Shown one piece after another: positions 1 to 7,329 of a stretch of DNA of 46,906 bases (position 1 is the first letter of the stretch; every line of letters starts with the position of its first letter). The notes beneath the pieces are model-generated. The model saw only the letters and a list, made by a program, of their open reading frames with translations. It was not told the DNA's origin and did not search any database. The stretch is from a virus, in the UHGV virus genome UHGV-1362522, one strand, 5' to 3'. The position numbers were made by a program, and so were the translations under genes.

Positions 1-405
1 CAATTTGCTTCATCCGTAAATATTCCTCTTAACTCATTGCTCGGTAGTCGCAGCGGCGTACTTGCGTCCGCAAATGATGAGCAGTCACTTGCCATGATGG
101 CAATGCAGCGTCGTGACGGGTGGCTCGATTATCTTATTTCTGTGTTCGTCGAGCGTTTAATTAAATTCGGCATCATCGACAAAGCGCCAGAGGCCGGATA
201 TTACTGCAAGTGGAATGACTTGCTGGAGCCTACGCAGAACGACAAGGCAGAATTGATTGTCAAGCTGGCGCAAGCTGCGCAGAGCGCTGCGAATGCAGGT
301 TTGGACCCAATCCTGACGGCAGATGAAATTCGCTCATTCCTTGGCCTTGATCCAATAAAATTACCAGGCGGCATGAGTGAGGATGACCCATCACAAGAGG
401 AGTGA
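1..405 (+). CDS. portal protein, C-terminal part (5' end lies at 45917..46906 if the genome is circular/permuted)
   Basis: Frame 1 is open from nt 1 with no start codon. It continues the frame of the ORF that ends exactly at 46906. Acidic C-terminus (SEDDPSQEE). Stop TGA at 403-405. Confidence 0.55.
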   Translation, partial: QFASSVNIPLNSLLGSRSGVLASANDEQSLAMMAMQRRDGWLDYLISVFVERLIKFGIIDKAPEAGYYCKWNDLLEPTQNDKAELIVKLAQAAQSAANAGLDPILTADEIRSFLGLDPIKLPGGMSEDDPSQEE

Positions 406-466
406 TGATATAATAAATGTGCAGCTAGGGGGCGCCCGAAAAGATGAACGTAGACATCCTGCTGCA
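406..466 (+). promoter_or_regulatory. extended -10 promoter (TGATATAAT at 406-414) plus conserved structured leader, copy A (paralog at 41566..41629)
   Basis: About 85% identity over ~35 nt to the sequence after terS: ATAATAA..GTGC(A/G)GCTAGGGGGC(G/A)CCCGAAAAG. Predicted stem UGCAGC 420-425 / GCUGCA 461-466. Confidence 0.45.
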
Positions 467-499
467 TCCTCAGTCTACGAACCTACTACGAGGTTAATC

Positions 500-592
500 A
501 TGGCAAAAAGACTCACCACGGAAGACTTCATTTCTCGCGCCAGGCAAAAACATGGCGATAAATACATTTATGATAAGTCTGTGTTTTCTTGA
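500..592 (+). pseudogene. 5' segment of the T5orf172 endonuclease gene (first Cys/His repeat), cut by an in-frame TGA at 590-592
   Basis: Starts MAKRL with an SD-like GAGGT 6 nt upstream. Same frame as 713..1405. The TGA sits in the middle of repeat 1 and the repeat continues after it (TKKQVTITCKKHGDF..GCELC). Confidence 0.4.
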
Positions 593-712
593 ACGAAAAA
601 ACAAGTAACGATAACCTGCAAAAAACATGGCGATTTTACTCAAAAAGCGGAATGCCATCTTGCTGGTTACGGCTGCGAACTTTGCGCCAGAGATGTTCGG
701 GCAAGAAAGTTA

Positions 713-1405
713 ATGACATCAAATGATGAATTTATCTCTAAAGCTAAAATGGTTCATGGTGATAAATACTCATATGACAAGTGCATATACTCAGGAAATC
801 ACAGGAAGGTGTTGGTAACATGTCAAAAGCATGGTGACTTTTCACAACAACCGGCAAACCATCTATCAGGAAATGGCTGTCCATCATGCAAACTTGAGCT
901 CCTGTCTGAAAAGTTCAGCGATAATAAAGCCTCATTCATAACAAAAGCAAGAGCAATTCACGGAAGAAGATACTCATACGAGAAAGTTAATTACATGAAA
1001 AGTTCAATAAAAGTGTGTATTACGTGTCATATCCATGGCGATTTCTATCAGACACCTAACTCGCACTTGTGGGGGTCCGGTTGCAATAAATGCACAGCTT
1101 ATGGGTTTAAACCTGCAAGTGTATATGTGGCTGAAATGGATGGGGCGTGCAAGATAGGTGTAAGCAACAACACTGAAAGAAGAATGAAAAGCATATCAAA
1201 ATCAGCAGGGAAAACTGTCGCTGTGGTTGCTGAGTACTCATTCCCATCATGGGCTGACGCGAGAAAGGCTGAATCAATGATACACAAAGAAATAAAACAT
1301 AAAAATGCAGGGTTAACCGGATTTGATGGGTCGAGAGAATTTTTCAATATATCAACCCATGAGGCGGCCGAATTGGTTTTAAAGCATGGAGGAAGAGTGA
1401 AATGA
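713..1405 (+). CDS. T5orf172 (GIY-YIG-related) domain endonuclease with N-terminal tandem HGDKY..KHGDF..GCxxC repeats; homing-endonuclease-like
   Basis: C-terminal VYVAEMDGACKIGVSNNTERRMKSI...EFFNIS matches the T5orf172/MUG113 signature. Two full ~50-aa Cys/His repeats. Inserted between portal and head morphogenesis genes. Confidence 0.6.
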   Translation: MTSNDEFISKAKMVHGDKYSYDKCIYSGNHRKVLVTCQKHGDFSQQPANHLSGNGCPSCKLELLSEKFSDNKASFITKARAIHGRRYSYEKVNYMKSSIKVCITCHIHGDFYQTPNSHLWGSGCNKCTAYGFKPASVYVAEMDGACKIGVSNNTERRMKSISKSAGKTVAVVAEYSFPSWADARKAESMIHKEIKHKNAGLTGFDGSREFFNISTHEAAELVLKHGGRVK

Positions 1406-2349
1406 AAATCCTCAGACTTAACGCCCGCCTGCCACAGCCAAGGGTGTCGCAAAGCCTGACTGACCCGTTAGGATCAGCGCCACGGCTTAATAAGATGGAT
1501 AAGGATATCGCCTCCAGATACAAACGCATTCGCGCGGCTCTTCTTGAGCTGTTCCGCAGCATTCCAGTAAGCGAAAGGAATGCTGAATCAAGTGGTAATT
1601 ATTATTATGATTTCAGCGCCTCGCGTGCTGCGTCGTTCATGGATGAACTGCAACGCCTGCTTGACCAGTTTTTGCTTGAGGGCGATACATTCGACCATGG
1701 GCAGATGTGGGCCAATATTCATATTGGCGACGCATGGGCCGCCGGAACTCAAAAAGCAAACTCAGAACTGTCAAGCCTGTCAAGTCTCTACGCTGAACAG
1801 CGACCTATGGCAGCCATCCTGTATAGCGAGCCATACCTTAACCGTCTGCAACTGGCGTACACTCAGGGGTACTCAGACTGGTCTGGGCTGAGTGACTACA
1901 CCAGACAGCAGGTTGCATCGGTTGTAATGGAGGGCATTGCCCGCGGCGCCAACCCTCGTGACATTGAAGACGATATCGTCAAGCGCGCCGACGTATCTCA
2001 TAGTTACGCACGTTCTATCGCGCAGACCGAGATAACTGGCGTACTGCGTGAGTCAAATCGCAAGGAAGTGATTGAGGCACGCGAGACGCTTGGCATTGAA
2101 ACCATCATGCTCTGGCAGTCGGCGCTAATGAAGACGACCCGTGCCACTCATGCCGCGCGTCATGGGAAGTATTACACCCCGGAAGAGATTGATGAGTTCT
2201 ACAGCGAAGGAGCAAACCGCAGGAATTGTCACTGCGCGCAGACTCCAGCATTGGTAATGGATGGCAAGCCTGTGATACTTGAAAAAACGCAGGAAAGACT
2301 CGATAAGCAGCGTGAGGCTTGGCAGGATGCACACAAGAAAGCCGCCTGA
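1402..2349 (+). CDS. head morphogenesis protein (SPP1 gp7 / Mu F-like minor head protein)
   Basis: ATGA overlap with the upstream gene and a GGAGGAAGAG SD-like. Position after portal, size (315 aa) and composition fit this family. Call is from memory of the family. Confidence 0.5.
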   Translation: MKILRLNARLPQPRVSQSLTDPLGSAPRLNKMDKDIASRYKRIRAALLELFRSIPVSERNAESSGNYYYDFSASRAASFMDELQRLLDQFLLEGDTFDHGQMWANIHIGDAWAAGTQKANSELSSLSSLYAEQRPMAAILYSEPYLNRLQLAYTQGYSDWSGLSDYTRQQVASVVMEGIARGANPRDIEDDIVKRADVSHSYARSIAQTEITGVLRESNRKEVIEARETLGIETIMLWQSALMKTTRATHAARHGKYYTPEEIDEFYSEGANRRNCHCAQTPALVMDGKPVILEKTQERLDKQREAWQDAHKKAA

Positions 2350-2541
2350 TGGCGGCCTCTGTCAAATATTACTTTTCTTGTTGTGAAGGGTGCGCATAGA
2401 CTCAAGCCATTCTATTTTGTTCATTTAAATAAACCTCTCTAAGTTCACCCATCACGCTCAGCCATGCTGCATGCTCATCCATGCCGCGCATCACCAGCCT
2501 TACGTAGCGATTACGGGCCTTAAACATCAGTAGCGGGCACA

Positions 2542-2832
2542 TTATTTGTCGCCCACCGTTGACAGGCAGACTTCACGGGCGACAGCGGCCACTTCTTTCG
2601 GTGTCTTGTCTGTCATTTTGTATGCCCCATCTACGATAGCCTTGCTGAGTTGGTTAAATTCAGCGCTATACTGGCCTCCAGAAGAAACCATCAGCGCGAG
2701 CTGCTTTGATACGCCAGCATCACGGGCTTCTGCTGCCGCTTCACCGAGCTCACCAACTGCATTGCAAAACTCGCCAGCCGACGCACCAAATGAAGCCATT
2801 GCGAATACTGCTGCTGCGATTAATTTTTTCAT
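2542..2832 (-). CDS. small secreted protein (signal peptidase I-type signal peptide)
   Basis: N-terminus MKKLIAAAVFAMASFGASA then GE. SD AGGAGA 6 nt upstream. Leftward, between head gene and lysis cassette. Confidence 0.5.
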   Translation of the reverse strand: MKKLIAAAVFAMASFGASAGEFCNAVGELGEAAAEARDAGVSKQLALMVSSGGQYSAEFNQLSKAIVDGAYKMTDKTPKEVAAVAREVCLSTVGDK

Positions 2833-2874
2833 TTTTTACTCTCCTGTGTTTGTGTATCTACATCATCGCTTACG

Positions 2875-2907
2875 ATTCAATCTACGTCAAGACTATTGTG
2901 ATAAAAT
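2875..2907 (+). promoter_or_regulatory. promoter for the lysis cassette: ATCTACGTCA motif (2880-2889) plus extended -10 TGATAAAAT (2899-2907)
   Basis: TGn + TAAAAT lies 24 nt upstream of the endolysin SD GGAGGT. A second motif copy ATCTACATCA is at 2856-2865. Confidence 0.4.
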
Positions 2908-2930
2908 AATCTGCATCACCGGAGGTAAAA

Positions 2931-3365
2931 ATGAAACTATCGCAGCGTGGCATTGATTTAATTAAACAATTCGAGGGTTACAGCTCGAAGGCATATCCAG
3001 ACCCAGCCACTGGCGGAGCGCCGTGGACTATCGGTTACGGTACAACCAAAGGCGTTAAGCCAGGCATGGTTATCACCGCACAGCAAGCGGAAAAGATGCT
3101 GCGTGACGACGTAGCGAAATTTGAAAGCGGCGTCTCGTCACTCATCACCGCCCCAACAACTCAGGGCCAGTTTGATGCAATGGTGTCGCTGGCCTATAAC
3201 ATCGGCCTTGGTAACTTTGGCAAATCAACCCTGCTGAAAAAGCATAATGCCCGCTGCTATACCTGCGCTGCTGACCAGTTCCGGGTATGGAATCGCGCTA
3301 ATGGCAAAGTCATGAACGGACTGACCAAGCGCAGGGCGGCAGAACGTCAGGTCTACATGTCATGA
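2931..3365 (+). CDS. endolysin, GH24 lysozyme (T4/P22 lysozyme-like)
   Basis: LIKQFEGYSSKAYPDPATGGAPWTIGYGTT contains the E-D-T catalytic region of GH24. SD GGAGGT. 144 aa. Confidence 0.85.
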   Translation: MKLSQRGIDLIKQFEGYSSKAYPDPATGGAPWTIGYGTTKGVKPGMVITAQQAEKMLRDDVAKFESGVSSLITAPTTQGQFDAMVSLAYNIGLGNFGKSTLLKKHNARCYTCAADQFRVWNRANGKVMNGLTKRRAAERQVYMS

Positions 3366-3607
3366 AGCGCATCAGTAACTGGCTTATCGGCATTTGGGCA
3401 TCATTCTGCTCGCTGATTCAGCTCTGGCCTGACGCCATGGTTCATGTGTGGGCTTTCATGCCTGAAGACCTCAGGTCTGCCATTCCGCCTATTGCGGTCA
3501 AGGCGATCAGCTACAGCATCCTTCTTGCCTCGCTGTTTGGAAAAATGCACGGCATGAAGAAAGAGATTAAGGCGCTGAAAAATGATTCTGCAAATCCTCA
3601 AGGCTAA
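3362..3607 (+). CDS. small membrane protein between endolysin and spanins (possible holin/antiholin or spanin-associated)
   Basis: 81 aa with two hydrophobic segments. ATGA-coupled to the endolysin stop. Confidence 0.35.
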   Translation: MKRISNWLIGIWASFCSLIQLWPDAMVHVWAFMPEDLRSAIPPIAVKAISYSILLASLFGKMHGMKKEIKALKNDSANPQG

Positions 3608-4076
3608 CTGGAAGGTTGTTGCGGCCATTATCGGCGTAGCGCTACTGGCGCTGATTATCTACGGGAAGTGGGTCAATTACGGGAAGGCGAAATATAACTC
3701 TGGATATCTGGCAGCCGTGGAGGCGCAGAAGATAAAAGATAAAGAGGCAAGCGAACAACATGAGCAAGATAAAAAGACCATCGAACAGGAAGCGCAGAGT
3801 CGCATTGATGCCGCGCGTGCTGACGCTTCCGCTGCTGCTGTTAAGTCTGGCAGGTTGCAGCAACAGCTCGCCACAATCAGAAAGCAGCTCGTCGATTATT
3901 CCCGCACTGAGTCCATTGGCAATCCAGCCTCAAACACCGGAGTTTTGCTTGCCGACGTGCTCAGCAAATCTGTCGAAAGAAACAGACAACTGGCAGAATA
4001 CGCTGACTCAGCAAGAGAAGCAGGATTGACTTGTGAGGCTCAGTACAACTCTCTGCGCAATAAAAAAGCCCCATAA
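3582..4076 (+). CDS. i-spanin (Rz-like)
   Basis: N-terminal TM segment (VVAAIIGVALLALIIYG) followed by coiled-coil, Gln/Ala-rich periplasmic part. Contains an embedded lipoprotein ORF. Confidence 0.6.
   Translation: MILQILKANWKVVAAIIGVALLALIIYGKWVNYGKAKYNSGYLAAVEAQKIKDKEASEQHEQDKKTIEQEAQSRIDAARADASAAAVKSGRLQQQLATIRKQLVDYSRTESIGNPASNTGVLLADVLSKSVERNRQLAEYADSAREAGLTCEAQYNSLRNKKAP
3808..4029 (+). CDS. o-spanin (Rz1-like outer-membrane lipoprotein) embedded in the +1 frame of the Rz-like gene
   Basis: MPRVLTLPLLLLSLAGCS lipobox, Pro/Ser-rich mature part. The ORF opens at 3760; start chosen at the Met before the signal peptide. Confidence 0.55.
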   Translation: MPRVLTLPLLLLSLAGCSNSSPQSESSSSIIPALSPLAIQPQTPEFCLPTCSANLSKETDNWQNTLTQQEKQD

Positions 4077-4090
4077 AGGGGCTTTGTTTT
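4066..4090. terminator. rho-independent terminator (bidirectional) after the lysis cassette
   Basis: GCCCC-ATAAA-GGGGC hairpin followed by TTTGTTTT. Also U-rich on the opposite strand. Confidence 0.6.
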
Positions 4091-4247
4091 AAATTAGTTC
4101 CACGGAGTTATGCATAAAGCGCCTCCATTTTGTAACCAAACATGATTGCGTTTTGATGCTCAACACTACCAGCAAACGCCAGATAGCGGCGCCCACGATT
4201 GCTGGTGATGATGTAGGCCTTTGGTACTCTATTCTGCCTTACCGGCA

Positions 4248-4610
4248 TTATTTACCAGCCTCCTCTGTCACTTTATCATTGGCGGCAGCGCGAAACAGAG
4301 TCGCGGTCAGATAAAATCCACCAAGCCAGAAATAACCAAGCGCGAACATCACTGCTATTTCGCAAAATGTCGTCACAACCTGGTATTTATGATGAATCCA
4401 TAGCGGCTTTTTGTAGCGAGCAACGGATTTATCAAGAAGGTCTTTGCTTGACAGCAAGCCAACCGATGCAATGATTGACGCAATCGACATGAACCAGAAA
4501 AAAGCCATTGCCATATTGTATGCATACACATTCTGCATAAACAGGCCGAAGTAAATCAGCGGCCACGTCAGGAAGATATCCCATGCGATGTTTCTCAGGA
4601 GTCTTTTCAT
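4248..4610 (-). CDS. integral membrane protein (3-4 TM segments)
   Basis: 120 aa, strongly hydrophobic with FWF-rich segments. Last gene of a leftward operon. Confidence 0.45.
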   Translation of the reverse strand: MKRLLRNIAWDIFLTWPLIYFGLFMQNVYAYNMAMAFFWFMSIASIIASVGLLSSKDLLDKSVARYKKPLWIHHKYQVVTTFCEIAVMFALGYFWLGGFYLTATLFRAAANDKVTEEAGK

Positions 4611-4843
4611 AGTTTCACCATCGACGCTTTGCTAACGCTTTTGTTGATGTGCTGGATGCACTTGATAATCACCCCGACCTCATCGTGAGTAAACAGGCTG
4701 CAATCATATGCAGCATTGACTTTGTCGCCAGTCACTTCAATAGTCAGGTGCTTGCCTTTTAATCGCGCGGCAAACCCATTGCACTCAAAGTGTCCTGATT
4801 CTTGCGCTGCATTATCCGCGCATGCATTGGTAACTTTCATCAC
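4607..4843 (-). CDS. hypothetical protein (78 aa)
   Basis: ATGA-coupled within the leftward operon. No recognisable motif. Confidence 0.4.
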   Translation of the reverse strand: MMKVTNACADNAAQESGHFECNGFAARLKGKHLTIEVTGDKVNAAYDCSLFTHDEVGVIIKCIQHINKSVSKASMVKL

Positions 4844-5394
4844 TTTATCTCCCCACTCAGTTCATTAACAATTAATGTTGCATAGCCAGCAATGTCTTTC
4901 CAGCTATCGTCGTATGTCGGGTCGCCATTCAGGATGCGGCCAATTTTATGCTGAATCATGTCTAGCGCCTCCTTCTGGCTCGCCGTCAGGTTATTCCAGC
5001 CGTCAACGTCGCGCATGGTATCCTTCAGTGATTGCATGATATCTGCACCGTCTTTGAACTTCCCGTAGCGAGTGCCGCGCTCGGTGATGAGGGCTTCTGT
5101 TTCATCACTGCCGCCAATGTTGGCATCATGCCACTTGCCGTCCATTATCAATTCACCAGCTTTCACGCGGCATCCTGGTGAACTGGCGCATCCATTCAAA
5201 TCATCCTCGTCGGTGATTGGCTCACGATGAGCGACAACAATATCACCAGCCTTTTCGATATCCTTATCTCGTCCTGCATAATCCGCGCTGAGCCAGTAGA
5301 TTTTTCCACTGGTTGCCGACCTCACAACCAGGACGGCATCTTCATGGCCGTTAAAATAATCAGCGCTTCCCTTCAGATATTTGTATTTCATCAC
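4840..5394 (-). CDS. hypothetical protein; C-terminal half resembles MazG/DUF550-like nucleotide pyrophosphohydrolase domains (tentative)
   Basis: C-terminal ERGTRYGKFKDGADIMQSLKD...SQKEALDMIQHKIGRILNGD...DSWKDIAGYATLI resembles phage dATP/dGTP pyrophosphohydrolase N-terminal domains. From memory only. Confidence 0.35.
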   Translation of the reverse strand: MMKYKYLKGSADYFNGHEDAVLVVRSATSGKIYWLSADYAGRDKDIEKAGDIVVAHREPITDEDDLNGCASSPGCRVKAGELIMDGKWHDANIGGSDETEALITERGTRYGKFKDGADIMQSLKDTMRDVDGWNNLTASQKEALDMIQHKIGRILNGDPTYDDSWKDIAGYATLIVNELSGEIK

Positions 5395-5591
5395 TCACCT
5401 CTCAACGTAACTTTGTTTTTCTCATCCACGCTGAAGTGTTCGCGCACAAACGCATACATTTCTTCAGCACTCCATTCACGCATTGCTACATAGCAGTGCG
5501 CGTAATATCTGACATCTCGCAGGCTTAACGGCTGGCGCTTAGCGATAATCTCAGTCAGTACTTCCAGTGGTTCTTTGCGTTGTCTCGCCAT
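5391..5591 (-). CDS. hypothetical protein (66 aa), first gene of the leftward operon
   Basis: SD AGGAGA 7 nt upstream. ATGA overlap with the next gene. Confidence 0.4.
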   Translation of the reverse strand: MARQRKEPLEVLTEIIAKRQPLSLRDVRYYAHCYVAMREWSAEEMYAFVREHFSVDEKNKVTLRGE

Positions 5592-5610
5592 TGTCGCTCT
5601 CCTGTGAAAT

Positions 5611-5670
5611 CATCTTGACTAATCTACGTCAATTAGTCAATACTAGGTGTTGTAGATTGTATCATAGTTG
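5611..5670. promoter_or_regulatory. divergent promoter/operator region with a 9-bp inverted repeat around the ATCTACGTCA motif
   Basis: TTGACTAAT-CTACGTCA-ATTAGTCAA at 5615-5640. An inverted partial motif TGTAGATTGT is at 5651-5660. Sits between a leftward (5591) and a rightward (5687) gene start. Confidence 0.45.
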
Positions 5671-5686
5671 CGAGGAGTGGTGTGGA

Positions 5687-5902
5687 ATGAAGAAGTGGCA
5701 GGAGGTGACAGAGGTTCATAAGCGCGATTGCCGGGAGACTCTGCAAATGCTTAATGTGCCAGAGTCAATCATTAAATCTATCGAGCAGCGCATTGATCTG
5801 GCTGCTATGGAGGCCGCCCATGAAGCCGAGGAAGCGCAAATGTTGTCATGGATGGACAGAACTCTACCGGGCGTTTTACATTGTGGTAAGACTACCGATT
5901 GA
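5687..5902 (+). CDS. hypothetical protein (72 aa)
   Basis: SD GAGGAG 9 nt upstream of ATG 5687. The listed ORF opens at 5567. Confidence 0.4.
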   Translation: MKKWQEVTEVHKRDCRETLQMLNVPESIIKSIEQRIDLAAMEAAHEAEEAQMLSWMDRTLPGVLHCGKTTD

Positions 5903-5985
5903 AGATGATGACGGGTATCTGCATAACCATAGTCAGGTACTCAAATATTATGGCGTTCACTATAAAGTGCTAATGGAGAGAAAAA

Positions 5986-6177
5986 ATGACTACTGATCAG
6001 GTGTATGAAAAAGAGTTGCTGAACAAGCTGGAAGAACTCGACCGCACTCGCGCTTGGGTCGAAAGCGAATTGCGCGAGGTTCGCAACCGTATGCAACGGC
6101 AAGTTAACCGCGAAATTATCGAGTGGCGAGAAGGGCGCCCGCATTTCAGCAATATTGGTGAATGGGTGGCGAAATGA
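5986..6177 (+). CDS. hypothetical coiled-coil protein (63 aa)
   Basis: SD GGAGAG. ATGA-coupled to the next gene. Confidence 0.4.
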   Translation: MTTDQVYEKELLNKLEELDRTRAWVESELREVRNRMQRQVNREIIEWREGRPHFSNIGEWVAK

Positions 6178-6410
6178 AACCAATGATGAATGATGAAGGG
6201 TTGCTGGAGTGTCCTTTTTGCGGTAGCAATGATGCTTACAGCGATAGTCAGGGAGACGATTTTTTCGTTGCCTGTGCAGAGTGTGGTAATGGAACTGACT
6301 ACTGGCTATTGCTGGATGACGCCGTAAAGAAATGGAACACCCGAAACGGCCACCTCTATACCGCTGACGACTACAAACAGGATGCACTGGAGCGCGCAAA
6401 TGGACTTTAA
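6174..6410 (+). CDS. Lar-family restriction-alleviation-like zinc-ribbon protein
   Basis: CPFCGS...CAECG zinc ribbon followed by ...KKWNTR, as in Rac prophage Lar. Start taken at the Met coupled to the upstream stop. Confidence 0.5.
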   Translation: MKPMMNDEGLLECPFCGSNDAYSDSQGDDFFVACAECGNGTDYWLLLDDAVKKWNTRNGHLYTADDYKQDALERANGL

Positions 6411-6870
6411 AACGCAAATACTAACGGTGATAGAGCGCTGCGGCGGCGCAACCAATGCCATGATACGCAAGCAGACTGGCATGACAAACCGTGCCAGCGT
6501 TACCGGCTATCTGATTGAGCTGGAGGGTATGGGATTTATTATTAAAGAGGAAGCAATTAGTCATGGTCGGCGCTGCTTTAAGTATTTCCTCAATCCCGAT
6601 AATACCGCGCTTGACCTTGCAATTCAGACCTATCTTGAGGCGAACCCTGGGCGCAAGAGCAAGCAGATAGCAGAGGCTGTCGGCGTCAATTACACCATCC
6701 TCAAGGCACGCATGCGCTATCTGGCAAGCATTGGTCAGGTTGATCGTGAAATGCTTCCCGGCGGCGCGTGGAAATATTACTGGCAGGAGATCATCCCATT
6801 TGGCATGAGCCGTGACAGGATGATGTTTGAAAAGCTGCTTGCCGGGGCGCGCCAGTCATGTGGGCGGTAA
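6400..6870 (+). CDS. winged-helix DNA-binding protein (two wHTH-like segments)
   Basis: AMIRKQTGMTNRASVTGYLIELEGMGFI and KQIAEAVGVNYTILKARMRYLASIGQV helix-turn-helix-like segments. Confidence 0.4.
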   Translation: MDFKTQILTVIERCGGATNAMIRKQTGMTNRASVTGYLIELEGMGFIIKEEAISHGRRCFKYFLNPDNTALDLAIQTYLEANPGRKSKQIAEAVGVNYTILKARMRYLASIGQVDREMLPGGAWKYYWQEIIPFGMSRDRMMFEKLLAGARQSCGR

Positions 6871-7058
6871 AGCATAAATCAGGAACCGTGCTGTTTGTCA
6901 CCAATTGTGAACGCACAGCCAATAATCGCAGAGAGATGGGGTGGATAGTGGAAGAAACAGAATGCCAGCACGAATGGGTTAGCAAAGGAAGCTATCCAGA
7001 TATTTATTATGTATGCATGTGGTGCGGAGAGTGTGCTGATGACGAAAATGACGAGTAG
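6858..7058 (+). CDS. small Cys-rich protein (66 aa)
   Basis: C-terminal CxxC...CMWCGEC. The start is uncertain; an internal Met at ~6936 is also possible. Confidence 0.3.
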   Translation: MWAVKHKSGTVLFVTNCERTANNRREMGWIVEETECQHEWVSKGSYPDIYYVCMWCGECADDENDE

Positions 7059-7329
7059 AGAGCAGTTTGAGGCGTGGTTTGAAAAGTGGTTTGGTGACAA
7101 ACCATTATCTGGATGGAGTGAGTTATGGTGCGGTGACGGGTACTCGTCAGAAACAATTGATGCAATGTGGGAATCATGGCAAGCATCACGGCAAGCGGTT
7201 GAAATTGAGCTTCCGGCTATCGAAGATAAAAGATGGTATTCATCATCCAATGGCAAGTTTAGAGAGGTTGGTTTTTATCTTGCTGTTCGTAAAATCATTA
7301 TTAGTCACGGGTTGAGGGTGAAAAAATGA
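7039..7329 (+). CDS. hypothetical Trp-rich protein
   Basis: SD GGAGAG 8 nt upstream of ATG 7039. The listed ORF opens at 7009. Confidence 0.35.
   Translation: MTKMTSREQFEAWFEKWFGDKPLSGWSELWCGDGYSSETIDAMWESWQASRQAVEIELPAIEDKRWYSSSNGKFREVGFYLAVRKIIISHGLRVKK

Noticed and set aside
2400-2527. 41-aa minus-strand ORF downstream of the secreted-protein gene
   Set aside because: No SD and no coupling. It overlaps the 3' end of the head morphogenesis gene region.
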